11,676 bases of DNA from a virus (lineage: Duplodnaviria > Heunggongvirae > Uroviricota > Caudoviricetes). The position numbers were made by a program, and so were the translations under genes. Positions 1 through 8,022 of this stretch are shown here, piece after piece. The stretch lies in IMG/VR virus record IMGVR_UViG_2740892036_000002, one strand, 5' to 3'. Below the pieces are notes generated by a model. It did not search any database. It saw nothing but the letters and a program-made list of their open reading frames with translations, and was not told the DNA's origin. How positions within the stretch are numbered: position 1 is the first letter of the stretch; every line of letters begins with the position of its first letter.

Positions 1-233
1 TCCGCATCACTGGTGGAAATGGAGGCGACGGTCAGTCCGGAAATATCAGCGTCAGCGGTGAAGGCGGAACATCGTACTGGGGTGGCGGTGGACGCGCAGG
101 CGCTGGCGGTGGCGTTAGCGGTAAGGCATATGGTTCAGGCGGAGGTGGTGCATACGATGCCGGTTATAGCGGAACCAGTATGACGGGCGGGAAAGGCGCT
201 GCAGGGATTTGTATTATCGAGGAGTTTGCATAA
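1..233 (+). CDS. Tail fibre protein, C-terminal fragment (5' end outside window), glycine-rich
   Basis: Open frame from the window edge (codons from nt 3) to TAA at 231-233, translating ...GGNGGDGQSGNISVSGEGGTSYWGGGGRAGAGGGVSGKAYGSGGGGAYDAGYSGTSMTGGKGAAGICIIEEFA*. It sits directly upstream of a tail-fibre assembly chaperone gene, with stop and start overlapping (TAATG). Gly-rich C-termini are typical of phage fibre distal domains. Assignment is by position and composition only. Confidence 0.5.
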   Translation, partial: RITGGNGGDGQSGNISVSGEGGTSYWGGGGRAGAGGGVSGKAYGSGGGGAYDAGYSGTSMTGGKGAAGICIIEEFA

Positions 234-646
234 TGAATGCGTCATATGCAGTTATTGAAAATGGGATGGTTGTGAATGTCATTGTCTGGGATGGTGAGGA
301 TGAATTCACTGTGCCGGATAATCTGCAGCTCATTAATATTTCTGATATCAGTGAGCAGCCCGGAATCGGCTGGGCGTATTCAGACGGGGTATTTACTGCG
401 CCGCTCCCTCCGGAACGTTCTCATGATGAACTGGTAGCTGACGCTGAACAGAAAAAACAGTCGCTGATAGACGCAGCAATGGTCAATATCAGCGTGATTC
501 AGTTAAAGCTGCAGGCCGGGCGCAAACTGACGCAAGAGGAAACTACCCGACTTAACGTTGTGCTGGATTATATCGAGGCTGTGACGGCAACAAATACCAG
601 CACCGCACCTGATATTATTTGGCCTGTTTTCCCTGCAAGCAGATAA
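233..646 (+). CDS. Tail fibre assembly chaperone (Tfa / gpG-like)
   Basis: 137-aa ORF starting at the ATG at 233, which overlaps the upstream stop. The C-terminal region (...LTQEETTRLNVVLDYIEAVTATNTSTAPDIIWPVFP) matches the conserved C-terminal motif of Caudovirales tail-fibre assembly proteins (...APDIeWP...). The upstream ATG at 209 given in the ORF track would run through the preceding gene's stop and is unlikely. Confidence 0.65.
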   Translation: MNASYAVIENGMVVNVIVWDGEDEFTVPDNLQLINISDISEQPGIGWAYSDGVFTAPLPPERSHDELVADAEQKKQSLIDAAMVNISVIQLKLQAGRKLTQEETTRLNVVLDYIEAVTATNTSTAPDIIWPVFPASR

Positions 647-657
647 ATACCGTCATT

Positions 658-677
658 TTGTGTGAATAACGGTACAA
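658..677 (+). promoter_or_regulatory. Candidate Ogr-dependent late promoter element (TTGT-N12-ACAA dyad) upstream of the sheath operon
   Basis: TTGT (658-661), a 12-nt spacer, then ACAA (674-677). P2-family late promoters carry a TGT-N12-ACA dyad centred near -55. Here the dyad centre is about 85 bp upstream of the FI start codon, in the only intergenic gap (647-752) ahead of the FI-FII-E-T-U-D operon. Confidence 0.4.
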
Positions 678-752
678 CTGCGCTTAGCTGCTTGTCAGAC
701 ACAATCACTTCAACATAGGGCGAAGCCTAATCCAATCAGGAGGTTCGCCACT

Positions 753-1925
753 ATGGCTCAGGATTACCACCACGGAGTGCGCGTTGTTGAAGTCAACGAA
801 GGCACTCGATCCATTACCACGGTGAGCACCGCCATCGTGGGCATGGTCTGCACGGGCGATGATGCCGATGCAAAAATGTTCCCTCTTAATAAACCCGTGC
901 TGATCACTGATGTGCTTACTGCCAGCGGTAAGGCGGGTGAATCCGGTACGCTGGCCCGTTCGCTGGATGCCATCGCTGACCAGGCAAAACCCGTGACCGT
1001 TGTTGTGCGTGTGCCGCAGGGTGAAACGGAAGAAGAAACCACGACCAATATCATCGGCGCAGTGACTGCTGAAGGTAAAAAAACTGGTATGAAAGCCCTG
1101 TTATCTGCCCAGTCACAGCTCGGTGTTAAACCGCGCATTCTCGGCGTGCCGGGGCACGATAATAAAGCCGTTGCTACTGAGTTGCTGGGCGTGGCGCAAA
1201 GCCTGCGTGGGTTTGCTTACCTGTCAGCGTATGGCTGCAAGACGGTGCAGGAGGCGATCACTTACCGTAAAAACTTCAGTCAGCGTGAAGGGATGCTGAT
1301 TTGGCCTGACTTTACTGGCTGGGACACGGTGCTGAATGCCGACGCAACGGCATATGCCACCGCCCGTGCGCTTGGTCTGCGTGCCAAAATTGATGAGCAG
1401 ACAGGGTGGCACAAAAGCCTGTCCAACGTGGGCGTGAACGGTGTCACCGGAATTTCTGCTGATGTGTTCTGGGATCTGCAGGACCCGGCAACTGATGCGG
1501 GACTGCTTAACCAGAACGATGTTACCACACTTATCCGCAAAGACGGCTTTCGCTTCTGGGGTTCCCGCTGTCTGAGTGATGACCCACTCTTTGCCTTTGA
1601 AAACTACACCCGCACGGCGCAGGTGCTGATGGACACGATGGCAGAAGCGCCAATGTGGGCGGTCGACAAACCGCTGAATCCGTCGCTGGCCCGCGACATT
1701 ATCGAAGGTATCCGCGCCAAAATGCGCAGCCTGATCAGTCAGGGCTATCTCATTGGTGGCGATTGCTGGCTGGATGAGTCGGTGAACGACAAAGACACTC
1801 TGAAAGCTGGAAAACTCACCATCGACTACGACTACACACCAGTGCCGCCACTTGAAAACCTGATGCTGCGTCAGCGCATCACCGATCAGTACCTGGTGAA
1901 TTTCGCCAGCCAGGTCAGCGCGTAA
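753..1925 (+). CDS. FI: Contractile tail sheath protein (P2 gpFI family)
   Basis: 390-aa ORF with a strong Shine-Dalgarno (CAGGAGG, 737-743) 9 nt before the ATG. Size (P2 FI is about 396 aa), N-terminus [14 protein letters not shown]... and position immediately before the tube gene fit P2-type sheath proteins. Confidence 0.93.
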   Translation: MAQDYHHGVRVVEVNEGTRSITTVSTAIVGMVCTGDDADAKMFPLNKPVLITDVLTASGKAGESGTLARSLDAIADQAKPVTVVVRVPQGETEEETTTNIIGAVTAEGKKTGMKALLSAQSQLGVKPRILGVPGHDNKAVATELLGVAQSLRGFAYLSAYGCKTVQEAITYRKNFSQREGMLIWPDFTGWDTVLNADATAYATARALGLRAKIDEQTGWHKSLSNVGVNGVTGISADVFWDLQDPATDAGLLNQNDVTTLIRKDGFRFWGSRCLSDDPLFAFENYTRTAQVLMDTMAEAPMWAVDKPLNPSLARDIIEGIRAKMRSLISQGYLIGGDCWLDESVNDKDTLKAGKLTIDYDYTPVPPLENLMLRQRITDQYLVNFASQVSA

Positions 1926-1934
1926 GGGGACAAC

Positions 1935-2450
1935 ATGGCTTTACCACGCAAATTAAAACACCTCAACCTGTTTAACGACGGGAACAACTGGCAGGGGATC
2001 GTTGAGTCGCTGACGCTGCCGAAATTTACCCGCAAATATGAGAAGTATCGCGGCGGCGGAATGCCGGGAGCAGTGGATGTGGATCTGGGGCTTGATGACA
2101 GTGCGCTGGACACAGAATTTTCCATTGGTGGTACTGAACTGCTGCTGTTTAAGCAGATGGGCAAAGCCACGGTGGATGGCATCCAGTTGCGCTTTACCGG
2201 CTCTATCCAGCGTGATGATACCGGGGAAGTGCAGGCCGTGGAGCTTGTGGTGCGTGGACGTCACAAAGAAGTGGATTCCGGCGAGTGGAAGACGGGCGAA
2301 AGCAACACCACCAAAGTGACCAGTACCAACAGCTACGCGAAGCTGACTATCAATGGTGAGGTGCTCTATGAAGTGGACCTTATCAACATGGTGGAAATTG
2401 TGGACGGTGTGGACCTGATGGAAGCGCACCGCAACGCCCTCGGCCTCTGA
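1935..2450 (+). CDS. FII: Tail tube protein (P2 gpFII family)
   Basis: 171-aa ORF starting 9 nt after the FI stop. Size (P2 FII is about 172 aa) and its place in the sheath-tube-E-T order fit a myovirus tube protein. Confidence 0.92.
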   Translation: MALPRKLKHLNLFNDGNNWQGIVESLTLPKFTRKYEKYRGGGMPGAVDVDLGLDDSALDTEFSIGGTELLLFKQMGKATVDGIQLRFTGSIQRDDTGEVQAVELVVRGRHKEVDSGEWKTGESNTTKVTSTNSYAKLTINGEVLYEVDLINMVEIVDGVDLMEAHRNALGL

Positions 2451-2504
2451 TGTATCTGAACGGCGCGGAATGCCGCGCCAGAACCTAATTTACAGGACAG
2501 CAAA

Positions 2505-2807
2505 ATGAGCGATAAGCAGACTGAAAAGACCATTCAACTGGATACCCCCATCATGCGTGGTAAAACTGAAATCACCGAAATTGTGCTGCGTAAACCGCAG
2601 TCCGGTGCGCTGCGCGGTACACGCCTGCAGGCCATTATGGATATGGATGTGAACGCGATGATGACCGTGATCCCCCGCATCTCCAGCCCGGCGCTGACTG
2701 CACAGGAAATTGCAGAGATGGACCCGGCAGATCTCACTGCCATGTCGGTTGAGGTTGTCACTTTTTTGTTGAAGAAGTCGGTGCTTGCCGGTTTACCGAC
2801 AGCCTGA
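2505..2807 (+). CDS. E: Tail assembly chaperone gpE (zero-frame product)
   Basis: 100-aa ORF between the tube and tape-measure genes, preceded by AGGA. It contains the slippery heptamer T-TTT-TTG at 2762-2768 near its 3' end. Confidence 0.85.
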   Translation: MSDKQTEKTIQLDTPIMRGKTEITEIVLRKPQSGALRGTRLQAIMDMDVNAMMTVIPRISSPALTAQEIAEMDPADLTAMSVEVVTFLLKKSVLAGLPTA

Positions 2808-2941
2808 CGGTTGATGATCTGGTGGCAGATATCGCCACCATTTTTCACTGGCCGCCATCCGTTACTGACGTTATGCCGCTGACCGAAGTGCTGGAATGGC
2901 GGTATAAAGCGATTCAGAGAAGCGGGGCCAACGATGAGTGA
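2505..2941 (+). CDS. E': Tail assembly chaperone gpE+E' fusion made by -1 programmed ribosomal frameshift at 2762-2768
   Basis: After a -1 slip on T_TTT_TTG (zero-frame codons ACT|TTT|TTG) the -1 frame stays open for 58 more codons (FVEEVGACRFTDSLTVDDLVADIATIFHWPPSVTDVMPLTEVLEWRYKAIQRSGANDE*) and stops at TGA 2939-2941, overlapping the T start at 2934. The predicted product is about 145 aa (P2 E+E' is about 142 aa). This is the conserved G/GT-type chaperone frameshift found in front of tape-measure genes. Confidence 0.75.
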
Positions 2942-5900
2942 TAATAACCTGCGCCTGCAGGTCATTCTTAATGCGGTTGACAAACTCACCCGCCCATTCC
3001 GTGCTGCACAGGCCAGTTCGAAAGAGCTGGCTGGCGCAATCAGAAACTCCCGTGACGCATTAAAGCAACTCAATCAGGCGGGTAACAACCTGGAAAAATT
3101 TCGCAAGCTGCAGGCCGATAACAAAAAGTTAGGCGACAGGCTGAACTATGCCAGACAGAAGGCAAATTTGCTTAGTTCTGAGCTGGAAGCGATGGAACAA
3201 CCATCACAAAGGCATCTTGTGGCTTTAGGTCGGCAAACGCTGGCAGTCCAACGCCTGGAAGAACAACAAAAATATTTGCAGAAGCAAACGGCGCTTGTGC
3301 GTGCAGAACTGTACCGGGCGGGAATTTCTGCGAAAGATGATGCGGGAGCAACTGCCCGTTTAGCCCGTGAAACATCACGTTATAACCAGGAATTGTCGAA
3401 ACAGGAGGCGCGGCTGAAGCGACTGGGGGAAGCTCAGCGCAGGATGAATGCAGCGCGTGCCAGTTATGCCCGTTCGCTGGAGGTGCGCGATCGCATCGCA
3501 GGAGCCGGAGCCACTACTACGGCTGCAGGGCTGGCAATGGGGACGCCAGTGATGGCGGCAGTAAAAAGCTATACCAGCATGGAAGATGCCATGAAAGGTG
3601 TGGCAAAGCAGGTCAATGGTCTGCGTGACGATAATGGCATCCGCACTGCACGTTTTTATGAAATGCAGGATGCCATCAAAGCTGCCAGCGAACAGTTGCC
3701 GATGGAAAACGGTGCGGTGGACTTCGCTGCACTGGTTGAAGGTGGTGCGCGTATGAACGTCGCAAACCCTGACGACAGCTGGGAAGACCAGAAACGTGAC
3801 CTGCTGGCCTTCGCCAGTACGGCAGCAAAGGCGGCAACAGCCTTTGAGCTGCCAGCGGATGAACTGTCAGAAAGTCTGGGGAAAATCGCCCAGCTCTACA
3901 AAATACCAACCCGCAATATTGAACAGCTCGGCGATGCGCTGAACTATCTGGATGATAACGCCATGTCGAAAGGGGCGGACATCATTGATGTGATGCAACG
4001 TCTGGGCGGTGTGGCTGACCGTCTGGATTATCGTAAAGCGGCGGCACTGGGTTCCACCTTTCTGACACTGGGCGCTGCGCCGGAGGTTGCAGCCAGTGCA
4101 GCAAACGCGATGGTGCGTGAATTGTCCATTGCCACCATGCAAAGCAAGAGTTTCTTTGAAGGAATGAATCTGCTGAAACTCAATCCTGAAGTGATTGAAA
4201 AGCAGATGACGAAGGATGCGATGGGAACTATCCAGCGCGTGCTGGAGAAGGTGAACGCACTGCCGCAGGACAAGCGTCTGTCTGCCATGACCATGTTGTT
4301 TGGTAAAGAGTTTGGCGATGACGCGGCGAAACTGGCAAACAACCTGCCGGAACTGCAGCGTCAGTTAAAACTGACAGCGGGCAATGATGCGCTCGGCTCC
4401 ATGCAGAAAGAATCCGACATTAACAAGGATTCACTTTCTGCGCAGTGGTTGCTGGTCAAAACCGGAGCGCAGAACACCTTCAGCAGCCTGGGCGAAACGC
4501 TGCGCCAGCCGCTGATGGATATTCTGTACACGGTGAAAAGCGTCACGGGGGCGTTGCGTCGCTGGGTGGAAGCTAACCCGGAACTGACAGGCACACTGAT
4601 GAAAGCATCGGCTGTTGTGGCTGCGGTGACCGTCGGCCTCGGCACCTTAGCGGTGGCGCTGGCTGCAGTGCTGGGGCCGCTGGCAGTGATCCGTCTGGGA
4701 TTCTCTGTGCTGGGTATCAAAACGTTACCTTCCGTTACGGCAGCAGTAACTCGAACCAGCAGCGCGTTGTCCTGGCTGGCTGGCGCACCACTGGTACTGC
4801 TGCGACGCGGGCTTGCTTCATCGGGCAACGCTGCGGGTTTACTTACTGCACCGTTGTCATCTTTGCGCCGCACGGCATCACTGACGGGAAATGTCCTGAA
4901 AACTGTAGCAGGTGCGCCGGTTGCACTTTTGCGGTCTGGATTATCCGGTTTACGTGCTGTTGCTGTGATGTTTATGAATCCTCTGGCGGTACTGCGCGGT
5001 GGACTGGTCGCCGCAGGCACGGTGCTGCGAGTACTGGCATCTGGTCCACTGGCGATGCTGCGCGTTGCCCTGTATGCCGTATCTGGTCTGTTAGGTGCTC
5101 TGCTCAGTCCGATAGGTCTTGTGGTTACTGCACTGGCGGGCGTGGCGCTGGTTGTCTGGAAATACTGGCAACCCATCACCGCATTTCTTGGTGGCGTGGT
5201 GGAAGGATTCAAAGCGGCGGCAGGTCCCGTCAGTGCAGCATTCGAACCGCTTAAGCCCGTGTTCCAGTGGATTGGCGACAAAGTACAGGCGCTGTGGGGC
5301 TGGTTTACTGATCTGCTGACGCCCGTTAAGTCGACCTCTGCCGAACTGCAGAGTGCAGCGGCAATGGGGCGGCGATTCGGGGAGGCACTGGCGGAAGGGC
5401 TGAATATGGTCATGCATCCGCTGGACTCCCTGAAATCCGGCGTTTCCTGGTTGCTGGAGAAGCTCGGCATTGTCAGTAAAGAGGCCGCAAAGGCAAAACT
5501 GCCGGAAAGCGTGACGCGTCAGCAACCTGCGACGGTGAATGCAGACGGTAAAGTGATGATGCCATCGGGTGGTTTTCCATCATGGGGATATGGCTTTGCG
5601 GGGATGTATGACAGCGGCGGCTATATCCCGCGCGGGCAGTTTGGCATCGTCGGTGAAAACGGGCCGGAAATTGTTAACGGCCCGGCAAATGTGACCAGCC
5701 GGAGAAATACAGCTGCACTGGCTGCCGTTGTTGCCGGAATGATGGGCGTTGCTGCCGCGCCTGCAGAGCTTCCACCGTTGCACCCTTTGGCACTTCCCGC
5801 GAAAGGCGGCGAAGCGATGGTGAGTCGTGCAGCCACTGTGCCGCCCGTTCAACGGATTGAGGCACCGATGCAGATCATCATTCAGACGCAGCCAGGACAA

Positions 5901-6011
5901 AGTGCGCAGGATATTGCGCGGGAGGTGGCCCGCCAGCTTGATGAACGTGAACGCAGGCTGAAGGCAAAAGCCAGGAGTAACTACAGCGATCAGGGGGGAT
6001 ACGACGCATGA
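2934..6011 (+). CDS. T: Tail tape measure protein (P2 gpT family)
   Basis: 1025-aa ORF immediately after the E/E' chaperone pair. It has a coiled-coil-like, charged N-terminal third, a central hydrophobic block with tandem roughly 22-aa repeats, and a Gly-rich C-terminal region. Position and architecture are diagnostic for a tape measure. Confidence 0.93.
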   Translation: MSDNNLRLQVILNAVDKLTRPFRAAQASSKELAGAIRNSRDALKQLNQAGNNLEKFRKLQADNKKLGDRLNYARQKANLLSSELEAMEQPSQRHLVALGRQTLAVQRLEEQQKYLQKQTALVRAELYRAGISAKDDAGATARLARETSRYNQELSKQEARLKRLGEAQRRMNAARASYARSLEVRDRIAGAGATTTAAGLAMGTPVMAAVKSYTSMEDAMKGVAKQVNGLRDDNGIRTARFYEMQDAIKAASEQLPMENGAVDFAALVEGGARMNVANPDDSWEDQKRDLLAFASTAAKAATAFELPADELSESLGKIAQLYKIPTRNIEQLGDALNYLDDNAMSKGADIIDVMQRLGGVADRLDYRKAAALGSTFLTLGAAPEVAASAANAMVRELSIATMQSKSFFEGMNLLKLNPEVIEKQMTKDAMGTIQRVLEKVNALPQDKRLSAMTMLFGKEFGDDAAKLANNLPELQRQLKLTAGNDALGSMQKESDINKDSLSAQWLLVKTGAQNTFSSLGETLRQPLMDILYTVKSVTGALRRWVEANPELTGTLMKASAVVAAVTVGLGTLAVALAAVLGPLAVIRLGFSVLGIKTLPSVTAAVTRTSSALSWLAGAPLVLLRRGLASSGNAAGLLTAPLSSLRRTASLTGNVLKTVAGAPVALLRSGLSGLRAVAVMFMNPLAVLRGGLVAAGTVLRVLASGPLAMLRVALYAVSGLLGALLSPIGLVVTALAGVALVVWKYWQPITAFLGGVVEGFKAAAGPVSAAFEPLKPVFQWIGDKVQALWGWFTDLLTPVKSTSAELQSAAAMGRRFGEALAEGLNMVMHPLDSLKSGVSWLLEKLGIVSKEAAKAKLPESVTRQQPATVNADGKVMMPSGGFPSWGYGFAGMYDSGGYIPRGQFGIVGENGPEIVNGPANVTSRRNTAALAAVVAGMMGVAAAPAELPPLHPLALPAKGGEAMVSRAATVPPVQRIEAPMQIIIQTQPGQSAQDIAREVARQLDERERRLKAKARSNYSDQGGYDA
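4785..5160 (+). repeat. Tandem degenerate ~22-codon repeats inside the tape measure gene (APLxxLRxGL...)
   Basis: The translation shows five to six successive units: APLVLLRRGLASSGNAAGLLT / APLSSLRRTASLTGNVLKTVAG / APVALLRSGLSGLRAVAVMFMN / PLAVLRGGLVAAGTVLRVLASG / PLAMLRVALYAVSGLLGALLS / PIGLVVTALAGVALVV. They are diverged at the nucleotide level. Boundaries are approximate. Confidence 0.6.
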
Positions 6012-6493
6012 TGATGGTGCTGGGATTGTACGTGTTTATGCTGCGCACCGTGCCGTATCAGGAACTGCAGTATCAACGCAGTTGGCGACATGCGGCAAAC
6101 AGCCGGGTAAACCGTCGTCCGTCCACGCAGTTTCTGGGACCGGAAAACGACATGCTGACGCTTTCCGGTGTTCTTATGCCGGAGATAACAGGCGGCAGGC
6201 TGTCGTTGCTGGCACTTGAGCAGATGGCAGAACAGGGGAAAGCATGGCCTCTGATTGAAGGCAGCGGCACGATTTACGGCATGTATGTGATTGAGGGACT
6301 GAATCAGACTAAAACGGAGTTTTTCCGCGACGGTATGCCGCGCCGGATTGAGTTCACCCTGTCGCTCAAACGGGTGGATGAATCCCTGTCCGATATGTTC
6401 GGTGATCTCAGTGCGCAGCTGAATAATCTGCAGGGAACGGCAACATCTGCCTTAAGCGATATCAGTAAAACGGTGGGAGGGCTTCTGTCGTGA
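6008..6493 (+). CDS. U: Tail protein gpU
   Basis: 161-aa ORF whose ATG overlaps the T stop (ATGA at 6008-6011). Size (P2 gpU is about 159 aa) and position after T fit gpU. Confidence 0.88.
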   Translation: MMMVLGLYVFMLRTVPYQELQYQRSWRHAANSRVNRRPSTQFLGPENDMLTLSGVLMPEITGGRLSLLALEQMAEQGKAWPLIEGSGTIYGMYVIEGLNQTKTEFFRDGMPRRIEFTLSLKRVDESLSDMFGDLSAQLNNLQGTATSALSDISKTVGGLLS

Positions 6494-7590
6494 ATTTCAG
6501 CTCTGAACTGCTTAACAAAGGCAACAAAACTCCCGCATTCAGCATCAGTATTGAGGGCAGGGATATCACCACTGTGCTGGACAACCGCCTGATTGGGCTG
6601 ACGCTGACGGATAACCGGGGATTTGAAGCGGACCAGCTTGATCTGGAACTCGACGACGCCGATGGAAAAATCGTGCTGCCGCGCCGTGGTGCGGTCATTA
6701 CGCTGGCGCTGGGCTGGAAGGGGCAGCCGCTTTTCCCGAAAGGGGCATTCACGGTGGACGAGATTGAACACACTGGCGCACCGGACCGCCTGACTATCCG
6801 GGCGCGAAGTGCTGATTTTCGGGAAACCCTGAATACCCGCCGTGAAAAATCGTGGCATAACACCACCATCGGGGAAGTGGTGAAGGAAATAGCCGCGCGG
6901 CACAAGCTGAAGATGGCACTGGGTAAAGAGCTGTCGGATAAGCCCGTGGAGCATATAGACCAGACTAATGAGAGTGACGGCAGTTTTCTGATGCGACTGG
7001 CGCGACAGTACGGTGCCATCGCGTCGGTGAAAAATGGCAATCTGTTATTCATCCGGCAGGGGCAGGGCAAAAGCGCCACTGGTAAACCACTGCCAGTGAT
7101 CACTATCACACGCAAGGACGGCGACAGTCACCGATTTACCCTGGCAGATCGCGGAGCCTACACGGGCGTAATTGCCAGCTGGTTGCATACCCGTGAACCC
7201 GCGAAGAAAGAAAGCACCACGGTGAAGCGTAAGCGCAGAACTAAGAAGCAGAAGAAAGAGCCGGAAGCGAAGCAGGGCGATTACCTGGTGGGTACGGATG
7301 AAAACGTGCTGGTACTTAATCGCACCTATGCCAACCGGGGCAACGCTGAACGGGCAGCGAAAATGCAGTGGGAACGTCTGCAACGCGGCGTTGCGTCATT
7401 CTCGCTACAACTGGCGGAAGGGCGGGCAGATCTCTACACGGAAATGCCTGTGAAGGTCAGTGGTTTTAAACAGCCGATAGATGATGCGGAATGGACCATT
7501 ACGACTCTGACACATACCGTCAGCCCGGATAACGGTTTTACGACCAGTCTGGAGCTTGAAGTGAGGATTGATGATTTCGAAATGGAATGA
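6490..7590 (+). CDS. D: Tail protein gpD (late tail gene D)
   Basis: 366-aa ORF with a GTG start overlapping the U stop (GTGA at 6490-6493), preceded by GGGAGGG at 6475-6481. It is the last tail gene before ogr, as in P2, and has a basic K/R-rich stretch (KRKRRTKKQKKEPEAK). Confidence 0.88.
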   Translation: MNFSSELLNKGNKTPAFSISIEGRDITTVLDNRLIGLTLTDNRGFEADQLDLELDDADGKIVLPRRGAVITLALGWKGQPLFPKGAFTVDEIEHTGAPDRLTIRARSADFRETLNTRREKSWHNTTIGEVVKEIAARHKLKMALGKELSDKPVEHIDQTNESDGSFLMRLARQYGAIASVKNGNLLFIRQGQGKSATGKPLPVITITRKDGDSHRFTLADRGAYTGVIASWLHTREPAKKESTTVKRKRRTKKQKKEPEAKQGDYLVGTDENVLVLNRTYANRGNAERAAKMQWERLQRGVASFSLQLAEGRADLYTEMPVKVSGFKQPIDDAEWTITTLTHTVSPDNGFTTSLELEVRIDDFEME

Positions 7591-7680
7591 TGCTTCGCAA
7601 TGGAGAACTTTTAAGTTTGCAAAATGGAATAATGCGGTATCATTATTGTGAATTTAGCAAAAATGGGGAGAACTCGAAAA

Positions 7681-7899
7681 ATGATGATTTGCCCACTGTG
7701 TGGAAGTGCCGCCCATACTCGCAGCAGTTTTCAGGTATCTTCATTGACCAAAGAGCGTTACAACCAGTGCCAGAACATTAACTGCAGCCATACTTTTGTT
7801 ACCCATGAAACTTTTGTTCGTTCGATTGCAACGCCAAAAGAGTCAAATCCGGTTCAGCCGCATCCAATGAAATCAGGACAGGTGGCGCTCTCTCTTTGA
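7681..7899 (+). CDS. ogr: Ogr/Delta-family zinc-finger late transcription activator
   Basis: 72-aa product from the ATG at 7681, with GGGGAG 10 nt upstream. It carries the C-X2-C-X22-C-X4-C motif (CPLCGSAAH...QCQNINCSHTF) characteristic of P2 Ogr, and 72 aa is the P2 Ogr length. The ORF track's longer version (7648) adds 11 N-terminal residues and cannot be excluded. Confidence 0.85.
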   Translation: MMICPLCGSAAHTRSSFQVSSLTKERYNQCQNINCSHTFVTHETFVRSIATPKESNPVQPHPMKSGQVALSL

Positions 7900-7985
7900 C
7901 GCTGCCGCCATTTTGTCGCCATCGTTAAAAAACAGTGCTTCTAACATCATGATTTTAAACAGCTTAAATTTCAGGCAACAAAAAA

Positions 7986-8022
7986 CCCATCAACCTTGAA
8001 CCGAAATGGCGGGGTTGATGGG
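7986..8022 (-). terminator. Candidate intrinsic terminator for ybjL, in the prophage-host junction
   Basis: Perfect 10-bp inverted repeat CCCATCAACC (7986-7995) / GGTTGATGGG (8013-8022) with a 17-nt loop. On the - strand it is followed directly by a T-rich tract (complement of CAACAAAAAA, 7976-7985). It lies 113 nt downstream of the ybjL stop. Confidence 0.4.

Noticed and set aside
764-3073. - strand ORFs (124, 62, 86, 98, 158, 179 aa) and a + strand alternate-frame ORF (2038-2319) inside FI, FII, E and T
   Set aside because: All are embedded in confidently assigned sheath, tube and chaperone genes on the opposite strand or in another frame, with no independent support.
4361-5470. 369-aa ORF on the - strand inside the tape measure gene
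   Set aside because: It is wholly antisense to the well-supported T gene. The translation is low-complexity and Pro/Ser/Ala/Thr/Arg-rich, as expected for the antisense of GC-rich coding sequence, and it has no convincing Shine-Dalgarno. The same applies to the other - strand ORFs in 3172-5900.
6304-7383. - strand ORFs of 216, 217 and 112 aa antisense to genes U and D
   Set aside because: They overlap each other and the co-linear, translationally coupled U and D genes. They have no ribosome-binding sites and Arg/Ser/Pro-rich composition, so they are most likely shadow ORFs.
7663-7680. Alternative upstream ATG starts for ogr (7648, 7663)
   Set aside because: The ATG at 7681 has the better-placed Shine-Dalgarno (GGGGAG, 10 nt upstream) and gives the canonical 72-aa Ogr length. 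The extensions are kept only as a caveat.
7587-7781. 64-aa + strand ORF spanning the D-ogr gap and overlapping the ogr start in another frame
   Set aside because: It overlaps the well-supported ogr zinc-finger frame. Its start sits on the D stop codon without a Shine-Dalgarno, and the peptide has no recognisable features.
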